Shown one piece after another: positions 45,360 through 56,364 of a DNA stretch of 64,000 bases. This DNA is from a virus. Lineage: Duplodnaviria; Caudoviricetes. A program made the translations under genes and the position numbers. Each line of letters starts with the position of its first letter. Position 1 is the stretch's first letter. The stretch spans positions 1 to 64,000 of the IMG/VR virus record IMGVR_UViG_3300037067_007193. One strand, given 5' to 3'. The notes under the pieces were generated by a model, which was given only the letters and a program-made list of their open reading frames with translations, was not told where the DNA came from and did no database searches.

Positions 45360-45696
45360 TATGGCAACGATAAACGTCCGCGCCCCGATGGAAACACCGA
45401 TGTTCGATGGCAACGACAAGATGGCCGTGGCATGGCAGCGGTATTTCAGCACGCTTGGGGATAAACTCTCGACCGCCTTTGGCAGCATAACAGAAAGCAC
45501 CCTTACGACAGTGACCATTGGTTCGGATGCCGTGGATGTAACAACCCCCGTGGCTGTAACCGGTACGGACAGCGTTGACCTGACCGCGCTCAACGTGACA
45601 CTTGCGACTCTGGCGACTGAAATAAATGCGATAGTGACTGTACTAAACGCACTGAATGACAAACTGGTTCAAACCAACCTGATGACAGAATTGTAA
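45352..45696 (+). CDS. Small tail protein
   Basis: MAVAWQRYF motif; position after the nozzle. Confidence 0.6.
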   Translation: MRDMATINVRAPMETPMFDGNDKMAVAWQRYFSTLGDKLSTAFGSITESTLTTVTIGSDAVDVTTPVAVTGTDSVDLTALNVTLATLATEINAIVTVLNALNDKLVQTNLMTEL

Positions 45697-45730
45697 AAAG
45701 ACACAGTTTTCTTTTGTTGCAGGAGCAAAG

Positions 45731-46393
45731 ATGTTCGGGATAGACGATTTGATAGGTGGGACGGTGGGTGCGGTAGGAAGTATCGTTGGGGCGGTTGGTG
45801 GTTACAAGGCGCAGAAGCGGGCGATAAACGACGCCATTGCCACAGAGAAAGAGTCACTGGCCGATCTTGAGCCGTGGCAGGTGGCCGGTGAAGAAGCCCT
45901 TGGCGCGTGGAAAGAAAAGGTGATGGCTGGCCCCGGAGAGTTCACGGAAAGCGAAGGCTATAAATGGACTCTTGGCGAGGGCGAGAAGGCAATCAAGCGG
46001 GCGTCTTCCACCAGCGCCGGGTTTGGAACCGGGGCGATGGGTAAAAGTCTTATACGCCACGCCCAGGGACTCGCCTCCAATGAATATGATAAGTTCCAGG
46101 ACAGGTATTTGAAAAGCATTACGCCCTATTCTCAGTTGGCCGGTGTGGGACAGTGGGCTATCGGAAACCAAATTGGCGTGCGTGACAGGATAGCAGACCT
46201 GACCGTAGACAAGGGGATGGCTAAGGCGAACGCATGGGCAACCGGAGCCAATGCAATCCGTGGTGGGATACAGGATGCGGTGTCCCTGAGTGAGTTGAGC
46301 GGCAACCGCACACCGATAAATACAGGTGGCTTTACAACTGCATCCAGCCAGCCGTTATGGGATTATTCCAAAGTCGGCCAGTTCGCCCGTTAA
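45731..46393 (+). CDS. Ejection (DNA transfer) protein, gp7-like
   Basis: Gly/Ala-rich; LEPWQVAG, GYKWTLGEG, QGLASNEY. Confidence 0.7.
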   Translation: MFGIDDLIGGTVGAVGSIVGAVGGYKAQKRAINDAIATEKESLADLEPWQVAGEEALGAWKEKVMAGPGEFTESEGYKWTLGEGEKAIKRASSTSAGFGTGAMGKSLIRHAQGLASNEYDKFQDRYLKSITPYSQLAGVGQWAIGNQIGVRDRIADLTVDKGMAKANAWATGANAIRGGIQDAVSLSELSGNRTPINTGGFTTASSQPLWDYSKVGQFAR

Positions 46394-46405
46394 GGAGAAA
46401 GATAA

Positions 46406-47257
46406 ATGTCTCGCATTCCGTTGATACCAGTAGAGACCGGCCCGATCATCGCTCCGGCCTTGCAGGTTGCGAACCAGATAAGAGAAGGCAGGGCGCGGGT
46501 ATCCATGCTGGAAACGGAAGCCAAAGGCTACCCCGAAGAAGTTGCTATACGGCGTTCTATGCTGGGGGAACAGTTAAAATCTGCCCCAGTGGATAGAAGG
46601 AAAAAGGAACTGGATATTGAACACGCGGGGACACAAGAAGCCCGTGCCGCATCTCAAGAAGAACGAACCGCAAAACAGGATAAGCGGCAGCAATGGGCCG
46701 ATGCTAACAAGATGTATGAGACTGCACTCCCACGAATGAGAGATGCGCGTTCTCACAATGTCGCCGTGCGGAGCATAGCAGAACGGACTGGAGTTCCCGT
46801 TGAAGAGTTAGGTGGATTGCTTGAGGAAAATATGAAACAAGAAGATTTCGTTAAGCACATGGAAAAAATGATACCTACCTTCTACGAGGCCCAATACAAG
46901 CACGGTTTAGAGATGGAGGAAATCGAGGCCCGGAATAAAGGGCAGGAAAAGGTAGCTAATGTCTATGCCAAGAGTCGTGCTGACGAAGCTGCTGAAAATA
47001 GAGAAGCAGATAGATTAAAGAATCAAGGCATAGATAACGCAACTATAAGAGGTATATTGCAAGATTCTCGTACAGAGTATGGTGCTGAGAACTATAAGAA
47101 CGTGGGGACCGAAGAAAATCCGATATGGGAGAAACTACCCACTGCTATCTCGTATGAAAAATGGTTGCCTAAGTATATCAAAAGGGCGGTTAGTGCTTAT
47201 TCTCAAGCGAAGCAACTCGGCAACCCTTCCAACAAACGTGAACCCTTGGAATACTAA
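46406..47257 (+). CDS. Ejection protein (probable)
   Basis: Helical charged protein between gp7-like and giant ejection genes. Confidence 0.6.
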   Translation: MSRIPLIPVETGPIIAPALQVANQIREGRARVSMLETEAKGYPEEVAIRRSMLGEQLKSAPVDRRKKELDIEHAGTQEARAASQEERTAKQDKRQQWADANKMYETALPRMRDARSHNVAVRSIAERTGVPVEELGGLLEENMKQEDFVKHMEKMIPTFYEAQYKHGLEMEEIEARNKGQEKVANVYAKSRADEAAENREADRLKNQGIDNATIRGILQDSRTEYGAENYKNVGTEENPIWEKLPTAISYEKWLPKYIKRAVSAYSQAKQLGNPSNKREPLEY

Positions 47258-50200
47258 TGCCATCGAGCATTGAAAAACTCTATACTGCCGGAAGCAAGTA
47301 TTACGACTTGGGCGGATTTGATGTCTTCTCTACCAAGATGACGAATCCTGAAAGTCGGCAGAAGGTATATGATGCTCTGTCCGCACATTATGACCTTGGG
47401 GATTACGATACCTTTGATAGCAAGGTTACGGGGGGATTGCGTCCGGTTGGTCCGATAGAAGAAGCGCCTATCCAACAGGCCGAAGCGCAGCCACAGACAC
47501 CATTCGGGATGGTCAACCGTTTTGTACAGGATAGCGTTGCGAATGACCCTGACCTTGCGGGGCTTGACGCTGAACTGAATAATGACCTGTTCGGGCCGGA
47601 AGTTGGCAGGCCGCAATTAGCGACTTCTCCGGATACTGGTGGCGTTGGTGTTGAGCTGGAAGAAGCGCCAGCCGTCCAAGATGACGGACGCAGTTATCCT
47701 GAAAAAGTGAAAGAGTCCTTCCGCCGTGGTATGGTTTCGGCTGATCTGGATGAAGAAGGATTCGATCTATACATGAAACAGGGATTTGGTGGAGATGTAG
47801 AAGAAGCAACCCAAGACTGGCTTAGACGCCGTGCCGATTTCCAGAGGCAGCAACAGGAAGACCCAGTTACGAGTGGTAATCCTTTGAGCAAGGCTTTCCT
47901 GTCAGCCGTAGAAATGACAGGCCCAATGGCGAAAGGCACGCTTGAAGGACTGATATTCGGTGGTATAGCCGCTGGAACCACTGGGCCAGCGGCCGTTGCT
48001 ACTGCCCCAATCGCTACCATGATCGGTGCAGGACAATATTGGACACGGCAAGGCTTCGGTTCCATGTATGCCGCGAATCTGGAAAAGGGTATAGACCCCA
48101 AGGTGGCTGGTGCTATTGCCGGTGGGATGGCCCCGATATATGCGGCGATAGAGTTTTCTCAGGTAAGCAAGATTGCACCCGGACTCGAAAAGGCTATGGT
48201 GCGTAAACTCTCTGACAGTGCCACTAAGATAGTCGCCAAAGCTGCCGCGAAATATGGTGCTGACATATTCACTGAATCCGGTGAAGAGGTGTTGCAGGAA
48301 GTGACACAGATGGCAGCGGAAGAAGGCGCGATTGCAATCAACAACCTGATGCACGACACACCAGAAATAAAACACACATCCGCGCAACAGGCGTGGGACA
48401 GGGTTTACGAAACGTTTAAGAGTACGCTTGCACCTATGGCTATTCTGCTTGGCCCGAAGCGCATACATGGGACGGCTGCTGATGTCAAGGCCCGCAAGGA
48501 ACTGGAAAAGGAAGTCCAGAATCTTGATGCTGACCAACTCAAGTCTCTTGGCCTGACCGAAGAAAAACTGAAAACGGATTTCGGAATTGACCTGAAAGGC
48601 AAACCGACCGAGGCGCAACAGAAACGCACTGATGAATATATGTCTGGCGCAGAAGAAAGTATAAAGCGTCAAGTTTCTGAAGCTATGAAGCCCAAGGACG
48701 AAGTTACTCAACCCTTCACCAAGGAACTTTCTCCTGAAGCCGAAGCCGTAATCAAGGAAGCGGAAGCAGAAAAGGCTCCGGCTGTAGAAACTGACAAAGA
48801 GGTCGAGGACATCCTTTCGGGATTCGCCGAGGATGAATCTGAACAAGTAACACAGCCCGTTTCTGAGACTAAAACGACTGAGGCTATATCCGAGGTTGCC
48901 CAAGAAGAGAAAGCGCCTAAAGTTGTCCCTACGGCTTCACCAGAGGCTCAAGGCGAAACGATCTCTACTCGGCCTACCTCCGGTATACCCCAAGAGGAAA
49001 AACCGACAGAGACGGAGCGTAAATTTGTCGCCGCGTTAGACGAAGAGGAAAGATTACAAGCCGAAGCGGAAGCCGTCGAAGAAGAAAGATTGGTGGCAGA
49101 ATACAAGGCAGAGCAGCAACCAACTATTAAGGAAAATTTAATAGTTGACCCAGTTGTTGCAGAAAAAGCAACAACTGGGTCTACTGCCGATGTTTCTGCT
49201 GCACCGGTAACAGAAAAACCACTCGGTAACATTGAAGATGTTAAAGCGCAAAAAGAACCGTGGGAAATGACGGCAAAAGAGTTTGATGCTGAGTTCATGT
49301 TTCATGGCAAAGGTGAGAGCCATCCGCTATTTGGAAAAGAAAAAATCACCGGTGGGGCAACTAAGCATTATTCTTTAGCCTCTGGATATGCAACAGGAAG
49401 CACTACACAACCAGGGAAAGGAGAAGTTCATCTTGTCCGCCGGTCCGAACTACCCGTAGGCGCTATCCAGGAGATGAAAGATACTGGTAGGGTGGACGTA
49501 ATATCAGGAATGGGTGTCGTTCCTGCAAAGTCGGCCGGAATTATACCTACTGGGTTAGAAAATCCGCACCAATATATAATAGAAAAGGCTCTTTCCGAAG
49601 GCCGTCCCGTTTCGCCTGAAGTGCTGAAGGATTATCCTGACCTTGCGGCGAAGTACGGGAAGACTGCGCCCTCTTCGGAAACACCTTCTCTCGTCTTCGC
49701 CACTTCTGGCCGTCCTTTCAAGACTGAAAAGGCCGCGCTGAACTATGCCAGACACAAGGGTTCTGGCTATACCGCAGTCCCGGTTGAAGGTGGATTTGCA
49801 GTAAAAGAACCTGAAGTTACCGCTGCGCCCAAGTCGGAAGGCAAGGTCATATCCCAAGCAGAAGCCGACAAGATAGTTGAAAGAGAACTCAACCGGCTGG
49901 AAAAAGAAAATCTGTCTTGGGAACAAGATGTGAAGTTCTCGGCAAGGCCAGTTTCTACTGCTACCGCACAGCCTTTAGGCATGGGTGTCATCCAGGTTGA
50001 ACGCATTCTCCGTCCGCTCAAGGGCAAGCTGAATATCCCTGTCCGTGTCATCGGCTCCATTGAGGACATAGAAGACCTGAAGAACCGTGCCGCCGCTATC
50101 TACGAACAGCGCAAGGACAACGTGGTATCCGGGTACTATGACGAAAAAAGCAACGAGATAGTAGTTATTGCTGATGGTGTTCACAGCGAGAAGGAACTTA

Positions 50201-53200
50201 TCTATGACTTAATGAACCATGAAATAATGCACTATGGCACGGCGGGTCTACTTGGTGAAAAAGGCTATGCCGGTTTCCTGTCTGACTTACAGAAGGACAA
50301 GGTTATCGGCCCGCAGATAAAGAAACTGGCAGAAGATTATGGATGGGGGTCTGAATACGCCGCCTCCGAGTGGTGGGCGATGCAGAGCGAAGGCAGAGAC
50401 ATTGAAAAACTGCCGACAAATATCATCAACCGCATCCTGTTCTACATCCGCAAGTGGCTGAGAGAGAGATTCGGCGCTGACCGCGTAGGCTTCACCCGTA
50501 ATGAACTTCTCGACCTGATGCGCCAGTCGTATGCGTATGCATTAGGTGGTGAAGCAACAGCCAAAACAGCCGAAGGTGAAACCGCTTTCCGCGTTCAGGA
50601 AAGCGCCGCTACTGTGTTGCGTCAACTCAAGGAAGTCTACTCTGCAATTGAGACGCTTCCACCTGTCAGGAGTGGACAGTCTACTTCCGGTATCCGCCAG
50701 AGGCTTGAAGCCAAAGCGCAAGAACTTGAGAATAGGATTCAAAGCGGTGAAGTAAGGTTCCGTTCTCAGCCTTCCGGACCGCGTCTGGAAAAAATAGTGC
50801 AGGGGATGGAACGCGCCTTAGCGGAAAGGTTCGCTGAAAGCGTCAAGCAGGGATTGGCAGGAGAAGGTTCCAAGAAAGATTACATAAAGAAACACTATTC
50901 TGATCTTATCCGTGAACGTATCAAGGCCATAAAGCAGGGGCATCTTATCGGCGGGCGGGGCTTGAAGGAATCCCTGGATGAAGTCAAGCGGTTTATTCTG
51001 AACTACGCCCGCGAGTACCTGCCGAAAGAAGGTATCACCCGTGGTCAGGTGAAGCCCCTGTTGACTGCCGTTGCCACTGCCGAAAATGCCGATGACATGC
51101 TGGTTGCCTATGACCGTGTGGACAAAATTACCAGAACCGTGACGGAAAAGGAATTGCGTGGCGACATTTCCAAACTGGTGAAAAAATACAAAACGGTAAG
51201 GAAAGACAACAGACTCAAAGGCAAGTTGGTGGCGGATGAGCAACACAGGGTTGATGACATCAACGCTATTATCCGCATGAAGCCCGATCAGGTTAAGGCC
51301 GAGATGGAGAAAATTTTCGAGGCCATGAACAACCGGGCGAAAGATCAGAACAATCCCGATGCCGGTGAAGCGACCGCCTTAGAAAATGAAATGCTTTACC
51401 GGCTGGACAAATTTGGTGATTTGCGGCACAAGACGGTGGGGCAGTTGCGGGCGGCGAAAGCCGAACTGGAAGAGATTATCGCCACTGGCAAGAGCAAGCG
51501 TCAAGCCAAAGACGAGGCCCGCAGGGAAAAGATGAATCAGTTTGTGGGCGGACAGCTTGAGTTGCTGACCAGCCACAAGGGTATTCTGAGCGAAGAGCAG
51601 GTTGCCGCGCTCGGCAAGCAGAAGAAAGAGGGCATAATCACTCTCGGCCTTCAGGGACAGTTCAGTTTCGAGTACCTGCTGGATGAACTGAACAAGGCAC
51701 AGAAGGATGCCAAACCCCTGCACACCGCACTGAACAACTTCTTCATGCCGAAGATTCACACGGCGCGGAACTCAGAAACCAAGGGCATCCGCGAAACCAT
51801 GAAGATGGTTCAGGAGAAGATGGCCGAGATTTACGGAACCAAGAGCGCCAACGAACTCCTGAAACTCGCCACCAAGAACACCGTCCCGGAAGACACTGGT
51901 GTCAAGGTGAAGCAGGGTGAAACCGAAGTCCCGCTGATTCTCAGCCAGGAACAGGCGTACAAACTCTGGCAGGAGTGGCAAGACCCCACACTTGCCGAGA
52001 CGTTTGAAAAGATGGGCTATACTCAGGAAACGATAAACGGGCTTGAGAAATTCATCACTCCTGAAAACATGAAGTGGGCCAAGTGGCAACTCGATGAGTT
52101 CTACCCGCAATACTATGAAAGCGTAAACAAGGTATTCCGCGAACGCTATGACGTTGACCTGCCGTTCAACCCGGTCTATTCCCCTATCGCCCGCAGATAC
52201 AACCGGAACGATGCGGAAGATGACCTGATGTTGAACGAGAATAAGTCGTACTTCTCCGGGGTGTACAGTCGCCACCTGATGTCGAGAGTGAACAATACAC
52301 GCGGGCTGAAGTTGCTTGGCGGGGATACCACGTTGATAAACCATATCCTTGAGATGGAGCATTTCAAGGCGTGGGCGGAACCGATGCGGGAGATGCGTTC
52401 GTTCTTCTCCAATGAGAAGGTGCGCACGGCGATAAAGCAGAACTTCGGGCCGCACACGATGCGCAAGGTCGATGATTTCCTGAACGATATGGCGCGTGGA
52501 AAGCTCGATCCCCGTGGTGTAGACCACTTCCTTGATGCCATGCGCCGGAACTTTACCACTGCCGTGCTTGGGATAAACCTGACGCTGATTCCGAAGCAGA
52601 TGGCTTCCTTCCCGGCGTATTGGGCCGAGATACCGACAACCGACTTTTGGGGTGGATTCGTTGACTTCATGCGCAACCCGCGCAAGGCGATGGATGTGCT
52701 TGCCGAATCCGAAACCCTGAAGGCGCGGTATGGAGAAGGCTTTGACCGGGACATAATGCTGGCGTGGCATAAGACTTCACAGCATGAACTTTCCGGCAAG
52801 CGCAGTTGGCGGGACATTGTAATGTTCCCGACTCTCGTTGGTGACAAGGTGGCTGTAGTCATGGGCGGGTGGTCTGTATACCGCTATCACTACCGCAAGG
52901 CGCTTGGGGTCGGGATGTCAGAAGCCGATGCCAAGAAGAAAGCCATGTACGAATTTGAGATGTCCACGAACCGTTCACAACAGGCGGGCAATATCGAAGA
53001 CCTGCCTTCCTTGATGCGCGGGAACTCGTGGGCGAAACTGTTCACCATGTTCCAGACTGCCCCGAACTCGTATTTCAGGATAGAAGCATCCGCTATCCGG
53101 AACCTTGTGCGCGGTCGCGGCAACACAGCCGAGAACCTGAAGCGTCTTGCCGTCTCTCACTTTGTTCTCCCGATGCTGTTCCAGTTTGTAGCCAATGGTT

Positions 53201-54093
53201 TCAGATGGAAAGATGATGACCAGTTCCGGGCCGCCCTTCTTGGTTCTCTGAATGGGCTTCTGATTGTGGGTAACTGGTTGGAAGACATTGCTCAGGCCGG
53301 TGTGTCCACCGCCATGAAACTCCCCTACTTCATTGGAGAGACGGGCGGGAACCCGGTCTTTGAGAACTTCACGCAACTGAAAGATGCCGTTATCCGCGCA
53401 GCAAAGGTAGCACGAGACGGTGATTATACATGGAAAGACATCACCTTTGTCATCGACAAGTCGGCTGACTTTATCGGCAAGGCTATCGGTGTCCCGGTAG
53501 GCGCTCCGCTGAGAATTGGCGAAGGCGCTTATCGTTTCATGGAGCGCGGGGAAATCAAGCCGCTGGAACTGCTTGGATATTCCCAATACGCACTCGGAGA
53601 ATCAAACCCGAAGCGTCAATTGCTCAACTCCCTGGAAGAATACTACGAAGTCCCGAAAGACGAACGCGACCCGCGCCAGTTGCAGCAGTTGAAGGCTGAC
53701 ATCGAGGAATACAACAAGAACGCATACAAGAACGAGTCGGCCCTGATCCGGGAGGAAGAAACCAAGCGCCTGTCCCGCGAACCAAAACAAGTGGCGATGG
53801 AACTTCTGAGTTCCAGTTCCGAGCGGGTACTGAGCGACAATTCTGTGAAACTGTTCAGGCATAAACTGAATCTGGCCCTGGAACACGGCGCGATCACTCA
53901 GAAGCAGTACGACCGCTACTTGGGCGACTTCAACACGAACCAGGAAGCACAGAAGGCCTTGAAAGAGACGTACTACAAGTTGGGCGAAGAACCGCCGAAG
54001 AAATCAAACAGGGCGATACCGGGGCAACCGCGCCCGCCGCAGCCGCCAAGACAGAACAGAACCAACAGAACACCTTTGATATATACACAGTAA
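47257..54093 (+). CDS. Giant ejection / polyvalent protein (2278 aa)
   Basis: Position in ejection module; internal NHEIMHYG (HExxH) zincin-like motif; helical C-terminal region. Confidence 0.75.
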   Translation: MPSSIEKLYTAGSKYYDLGGFDVFSTKMTNPESRQKVYDALSAHYDLGDYDTFDSKVTGGLRPVGPIEEAPIQQAEAQPQTPFGMVNRFVQDSVANDPDLAGLDAELNNDLFGPEVGRPQLATSPDTGGVGVELEEAPAVQDDGRSYPEKVKESFRRGMVSADLDEEGFDLYMKQGFGGDVEEATQDWLRRRADFQRQQQEDPVTSGNPLSKAFLSAVEMTGPMAKGTLEGLIFGGIAAGTTGPAAVATAPIATMIGAGQYWTRQGFGSMYAANLEKGIDPKVAGAIAGGMAPIYAAIEFSQVSKIAPGLEKAMVRKLSDSATKIVAKAAAKYGADIFTESGEEVLQEVTQMAAEEGAIAINNLMHDTPEIKHTSAQQAWDRVYETFKSTLAPMAILLGPKRIHGTAADVKARKELEKEVQNLDADQLKSLGLTEEKLKTDFGIDLKGKPTEAQQKRTDEYMSGAEESIKRQVSEAMKPKDEVTQPFTKELSPEAEAVIKEAEAEKAPAVETDKEVEDILSGFAEDESEQVTQPVSETKTTEAISEVAQEEKAPKVVPTASPEAQGETISTRPTSGIPQEEKPTETERKFVAALDEEERLQAEAEAVEEERLVAEYKAEQQPTIKENLIVDPVVAEKATTGSTADVSAAPVTEKPLGNIEDVKAQKEPWEMTAKEFDAEFMFHGKGESHPLFGKEKITGGATKHYSLASGYATGSTTQPGKGEVHLVRRSELPVGAIQEMKDTGRVDVISGMGVVPAKSAGIIPTGLENPHQYIIEKALSEGRPVSPEVLKDYPDLAAKYGKTAPSSETPSLVFATSGRPFKTEKAALNYARHKGSGYTAVPVEGGFAVKEPEVTAAPKSEGKVISQAEADKIVERELNRLEKENLSWEQDVKFSARPVSTATAQPLGMGVIQVERILRPLKGKLNIPVRVIGSIEDIEDLKNRAAAIYEQRKDNVVSGYYDEKSNEIVVIADGVHSEKELIYDLMNHEIMHYGTAGLLGEKGYAGFLSDLQKDKVIGPQIKKLAEDYGWGSEYAASEWWAMQSEGRDIEKLPTNIINRILFYIRKWLRERFGADRVGFTRNELLDLMRQSYAYALGGEATAKTAEGETAFRVQESAATVLRQLKEVYSAIETLPPVRSGQSTSGIRQRLEAKAQELENRIQSGEVRFRSQPSGPRLEKIVQGMERALAERFAESVKQGLAGEGSKKDYIKKHYSDLIRERIKAIKQGHLIGGRGLKESLDEVKRFILNYAREYLPKEGITRGQVKPLLTAVATAENADDMLVAYDRVDKITRTVTEKELRGDISKLVKKYKTVRKDNRLKGKLVADEQHRVDDINAIIRMKPDQVKAEMEKIFEAMNNRAKDQNNPDAGEATALENEMLYRLDKFGDLRHKTVGQLRAAKAELEEIIATGKSKRQAKDEARREKMNQFVGGQLELLTSHKGILSEEQVAALGKQKKEGIITLGLQGQFSFEYLLDELNKAQKDAKPLHTALNNFFMPKIHTARNSETKGIRETMKMVQEKMAEIYGTKSANELLKLATKNTVPEDTGVKVKQGETEVPLILSQEQAYKLWQEWQDPTLAETFEKMGYTQETINGLEKFITPENMKWAKWQLDEFYPQYYESVNKVFRERYDVDLPFNPVYSPIARRYNRNDAEDDLMLNENKSYFSGVYSRHLMSRVNNTRGLKLLGGDTTLINHILEMEHFKAWAEPMREMRSFFSNEKVRTAIKQNFGPHTMRKVDDFLNDMARGKLDPRGVDHFLDAMRRNFTTAVLGINLTLIPKQMASFPAYWAEIPTTDFWGGFVDFMRNPRKAMDVLAESETLKARYGEGFDRDIMLAWHKTSQHELSGKRSWRDIVMFPTLVGDKVAVVMGGWSVYRYHYRKALGVGMSEADAKKKAMYEFEMSTNRSQQAGNIEDLPSLMRGNSWAKLFTMFQTAPNSYFRIEASAIRNLVRGRGNTAENLKRLAVSHFVLPMLFQFVANGFRWKDDDQFRAALLGSLNGLLIVGNWLEDIAQAGVSTAMKLPYFIGETGGNPVFENFTQLKDAVIRAAKVARDGDYTWKDITFVIDKSADFIGKAIGVPVGAPLRIGEGAYRFMERGEIKPLELLGYSQYALGESNPKRQLLNSLEEYYEVPKDERDPRQLQQLKADIEEYNKNAYKNESALIREEETKRLSREPKQVAMELLSSSSERVLSDNSVKLFRHKLNLALEHGAITQKQYDRYLGDFNTNQEAQKALKETYYKLGEEPPKKSNRAIPGQPRPPQPPRQNRTNRTPLIYTQ

Positions 54094-54105
54094 GGAGCAG
54101 TTGTT

Positions 54106-55326
54106 ATGGCAGACCGCGCTTTAATGGTTCTCGCGCCACGGTACAAAAGCTGGAAAAACGACGGCACGGTTAATTCCGGTGGCAAGGTGTATTTTTATGA
54201 GGCTGGAACCACCACGCTTAAAGACACTTATGAGGATGCCGAATGCACCACGGAGAATGCCAACCCGGTGGTTCTGGACAGTCGGGGTGAAGCCGCTATT
54301 TACGGACGCGGGGCGTACAAGATCGTCGAGTACGACAGCAGCGATAACCAACTTGGCGATGCAATGGATGGGATATTACTTCCCGACATGACTGCCGCTG
54401 CGCTTGGATTTCTGAACGATGCCACTACAACCGCGATGCGCACCACGCTTGGGCTTGGGACTGCGGCGACAAAAGATACCGGAACATCTGCGGGGAATGT
54501 GGTGGTGCTGGATGACGAAGGTGCGCTACCTGCTGTCAGTGGCAAGAATCTGACCGAGATTGCCGCCGGAGCCGTCGCCCTGCCCCGTGGATACTTGAGT
54601 GGATTTACACTTTCCCGTTCTGCCGTTACAACCCTTGGCATTGCAGCCGGATCGTGTGCAGACAGTACGAACGGGGCCAACATGAGCCTGAGTTCCGCGT
54701 ACACCAAGACACTGGCATCATGGGCTGTCGGAACCGGAAAGGGTTCGCTGGATTCTGGTTCGATAGCTATAAGTACTTGGTATAGCGTATTTTGCGTCTA
54801 TAATGCAACATCTACGACAACGGATATTCTTATATCCAAAAGCGCCACCAGCCCGACCATGCCGAGTGGATATGGGTATTCCCGCAGAATAGGTTCGTTC
54901 AAGACGGACAGTTCGGCACAGATAACCAATTTTAGTCAGTATGGGGATGAGTTTCTATGGTTGGACGGCCCGGAAGACCTGAATCAAGCGGGCGATGGCT
55001 ACCTTGACGCCAGCGCAACCAATGTTACACTGACTGTTCCAACCGGTGTGAAAGTGTGGGCAATAATCAACGCAACAGCAGGGAACAGCGGTTCTGCAAC
55101 CAACGTGTATTTCAGTTCGCCGGACGTTGACGATGAAGGCCCAAGTTCCTACACTACCCCGCCGTTTGGACAACTCAACGTGGCGACAACGAGTTTGCGT
55201 TATTCAAGCGGGCAGATGAGGATACGCACCAACACCAGTGCGCAGATTCGGGTGCGTCCAGACCAAGATGACACGGCGGTTGATATTTTCACCGCCGGTT
55301 GGATTGATCTGAGAGGGAAAGATTAG
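54106..55326 (+). CDS. Tailspike / tail fibre with P22-type head-binding N-terminus
   Basis: GGKVYFYEAGTTTLKDTY..NPVVLDSRG; LGLGTAATKDTGT fibre motif. Confidence 0.8.
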   Translation: MADRALMVLAPRYKSWKNDGTVNSGGKVYFYEAGTTTLKDTYEDAECTTENANPVVLDSRGEAAIYGRGAYKIVEYDSSDNQLGDAMDGILLPDMTAAALGFLNDATTTAMRTTLGLGTAATKDTGTSAGNVVVLDDEGALPAVSGKNLTEIAAGAVALPRGYLSGFTLSRSAVTTLGIAAGSCADSTNGANMSLSSAYTKTLASWAVGTGKGSLDSGSIAISTWYSVFCVYNATSTTTDILISKSATSPTMPSGYGYSRRIGSFKTDSSAQITNFSQYGDEFLWLDGPEDLNQAGDGYLDASATNVTLTVPTGVKVWAIINATAGNSGSATNVYFSSPDVDDEGPSSYTTPPFGQLNVATTSLRYSSGQMRIRTNTSAQIRVRPDQDDTAVDIFTAGWIDLRGKD

Positions 55327-55331
55327 TCCTG

Positions 55332-55360
55332 AATTTAAGACATTCTTGTATTGATATAAT
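55332..55360 (+). promoter_or_regulatory. Candidate box-type late promoter (copy 2)
   Basis: AATTTAAGACATTCT starting 23 bp before TATAAT. Confidence 0.5.
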
Positions 55361-55377
55361 TTTATCAGGAGGACACG

Positions 55378-56364
55378 ATGGGAAAACTCAGAGACTATAG
55401 AAATGTTCTTTTTAAAATCTTCAATCGAGGATCGGAAATGTTAGTCCGCAGATGTGTATTGATCTTTCTTGTACCATTGCTGCTGGTGGGCGCTCCCCTA
55501 CTGGCACAGAATACAAATTCTTCCTCTACCGACCTTGACATCGTGAGTCCGTTGAGCGGAGATGACAACTTGCGCGTGGAAGTACCGGCTTATCTGATGG
55601 CGGACAACCGCGTGGGTTCTCTGGTGTCCGCATGGAGTACAGGGGCTACGGTTGACTCGATACTTTCCTATGCGGATGGACAGGAAATGTATTGGGTGGT
55701 TTCGGTGGAATCTTTTTCAGCGGATTCCATTGCGATTCTGAAGATTGAGGAACTGCGACCCGGCTCTTCAAAGGTGCTGAAGGTTTACCGCGAAACGGTG
55801 GATTGGGGAGCCAGATCAACAGCGCACCGCGAGGATAGTTTGGGAAGCGCCCCGATGGGCTTGAATATAACGGTGTGTGCGGCTTCCGCCATTGCACCCT
55901 TGAGCCAGACCGTACGTTCCTCCTGGCGTTGGTATTTGTACCTGAGCAAGACTAAAACCATTGATGGTTCAAGGGACGGTGCGGTTGCCACATGGTCTAA
56001 GCCTATGCTGGATACGTTGACCATTTCGGGCAGAGACACACTGGCTGAAGGTTCTTTAGGGGACACGCTGTTTACCAAAGCCATTCCAGGTAGCTTCGGA
56101 TATGTCACTCTATTTATTCAGGGTGACAGCGCGGCGGCGGTCAATATCTCGTCTCAGGTGAAGTACAACGGTGGGGATTGGGCTGGCCCACTGGATACCA
56201 CGTTCGCATTCTTTTCCATCTTGGACAACGTAGTAGTCAGTTCAACGGGGCCAAAAGCCTACTGGACATCCGGAACCCCATCCGACTCCACGCGCTTTGT
56301 GATTATAAACAAGATGGATGGCCGTGGACTCATCCAGTTCATTAAAGCCCTGTGGAGGGACTAA
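55378..56364 (+). CDS. Secreted protein (Sec signal peptide)
   Basis: RRCVLIFLVPLLLVGAPLLA|QNT; alternative start 55438. Confidence 0.7.
   Translation: MGKLRDYRNVLFKIFNRGSEMLVRRCVLIFLVPLLLVGAPLLAQNTNSSSTDLDIVSPLSGDDNLRVEVPAYLMADNRVGSLVSAWSTGATVDSILSYADGQEMYWVVSVESFSADSIAILKIEELRPGSSKVLKVYRETVDWGARSTAHREDSLGSAPMGLNITVCAASAIAPLSQTVRSSWRWYLYLSKTKTIDGSRDGAVATWSKPMLDTLTISGRDTLAEGSLGDTLFTKAIPGSFGYVTLFIQGDSAAAVNISSQVKYNGGDWAGPLDTTFAFFSILDNVVVSSTGPKAYWTSGTPSDSTRFVIINKMDGRGLIQFIKALWRD

Noticed and set aside
45603-45610. TGCGACTC copy in a tail gene
   Set aside because: Inside coding sequence, no hairpin context; within chance expectation
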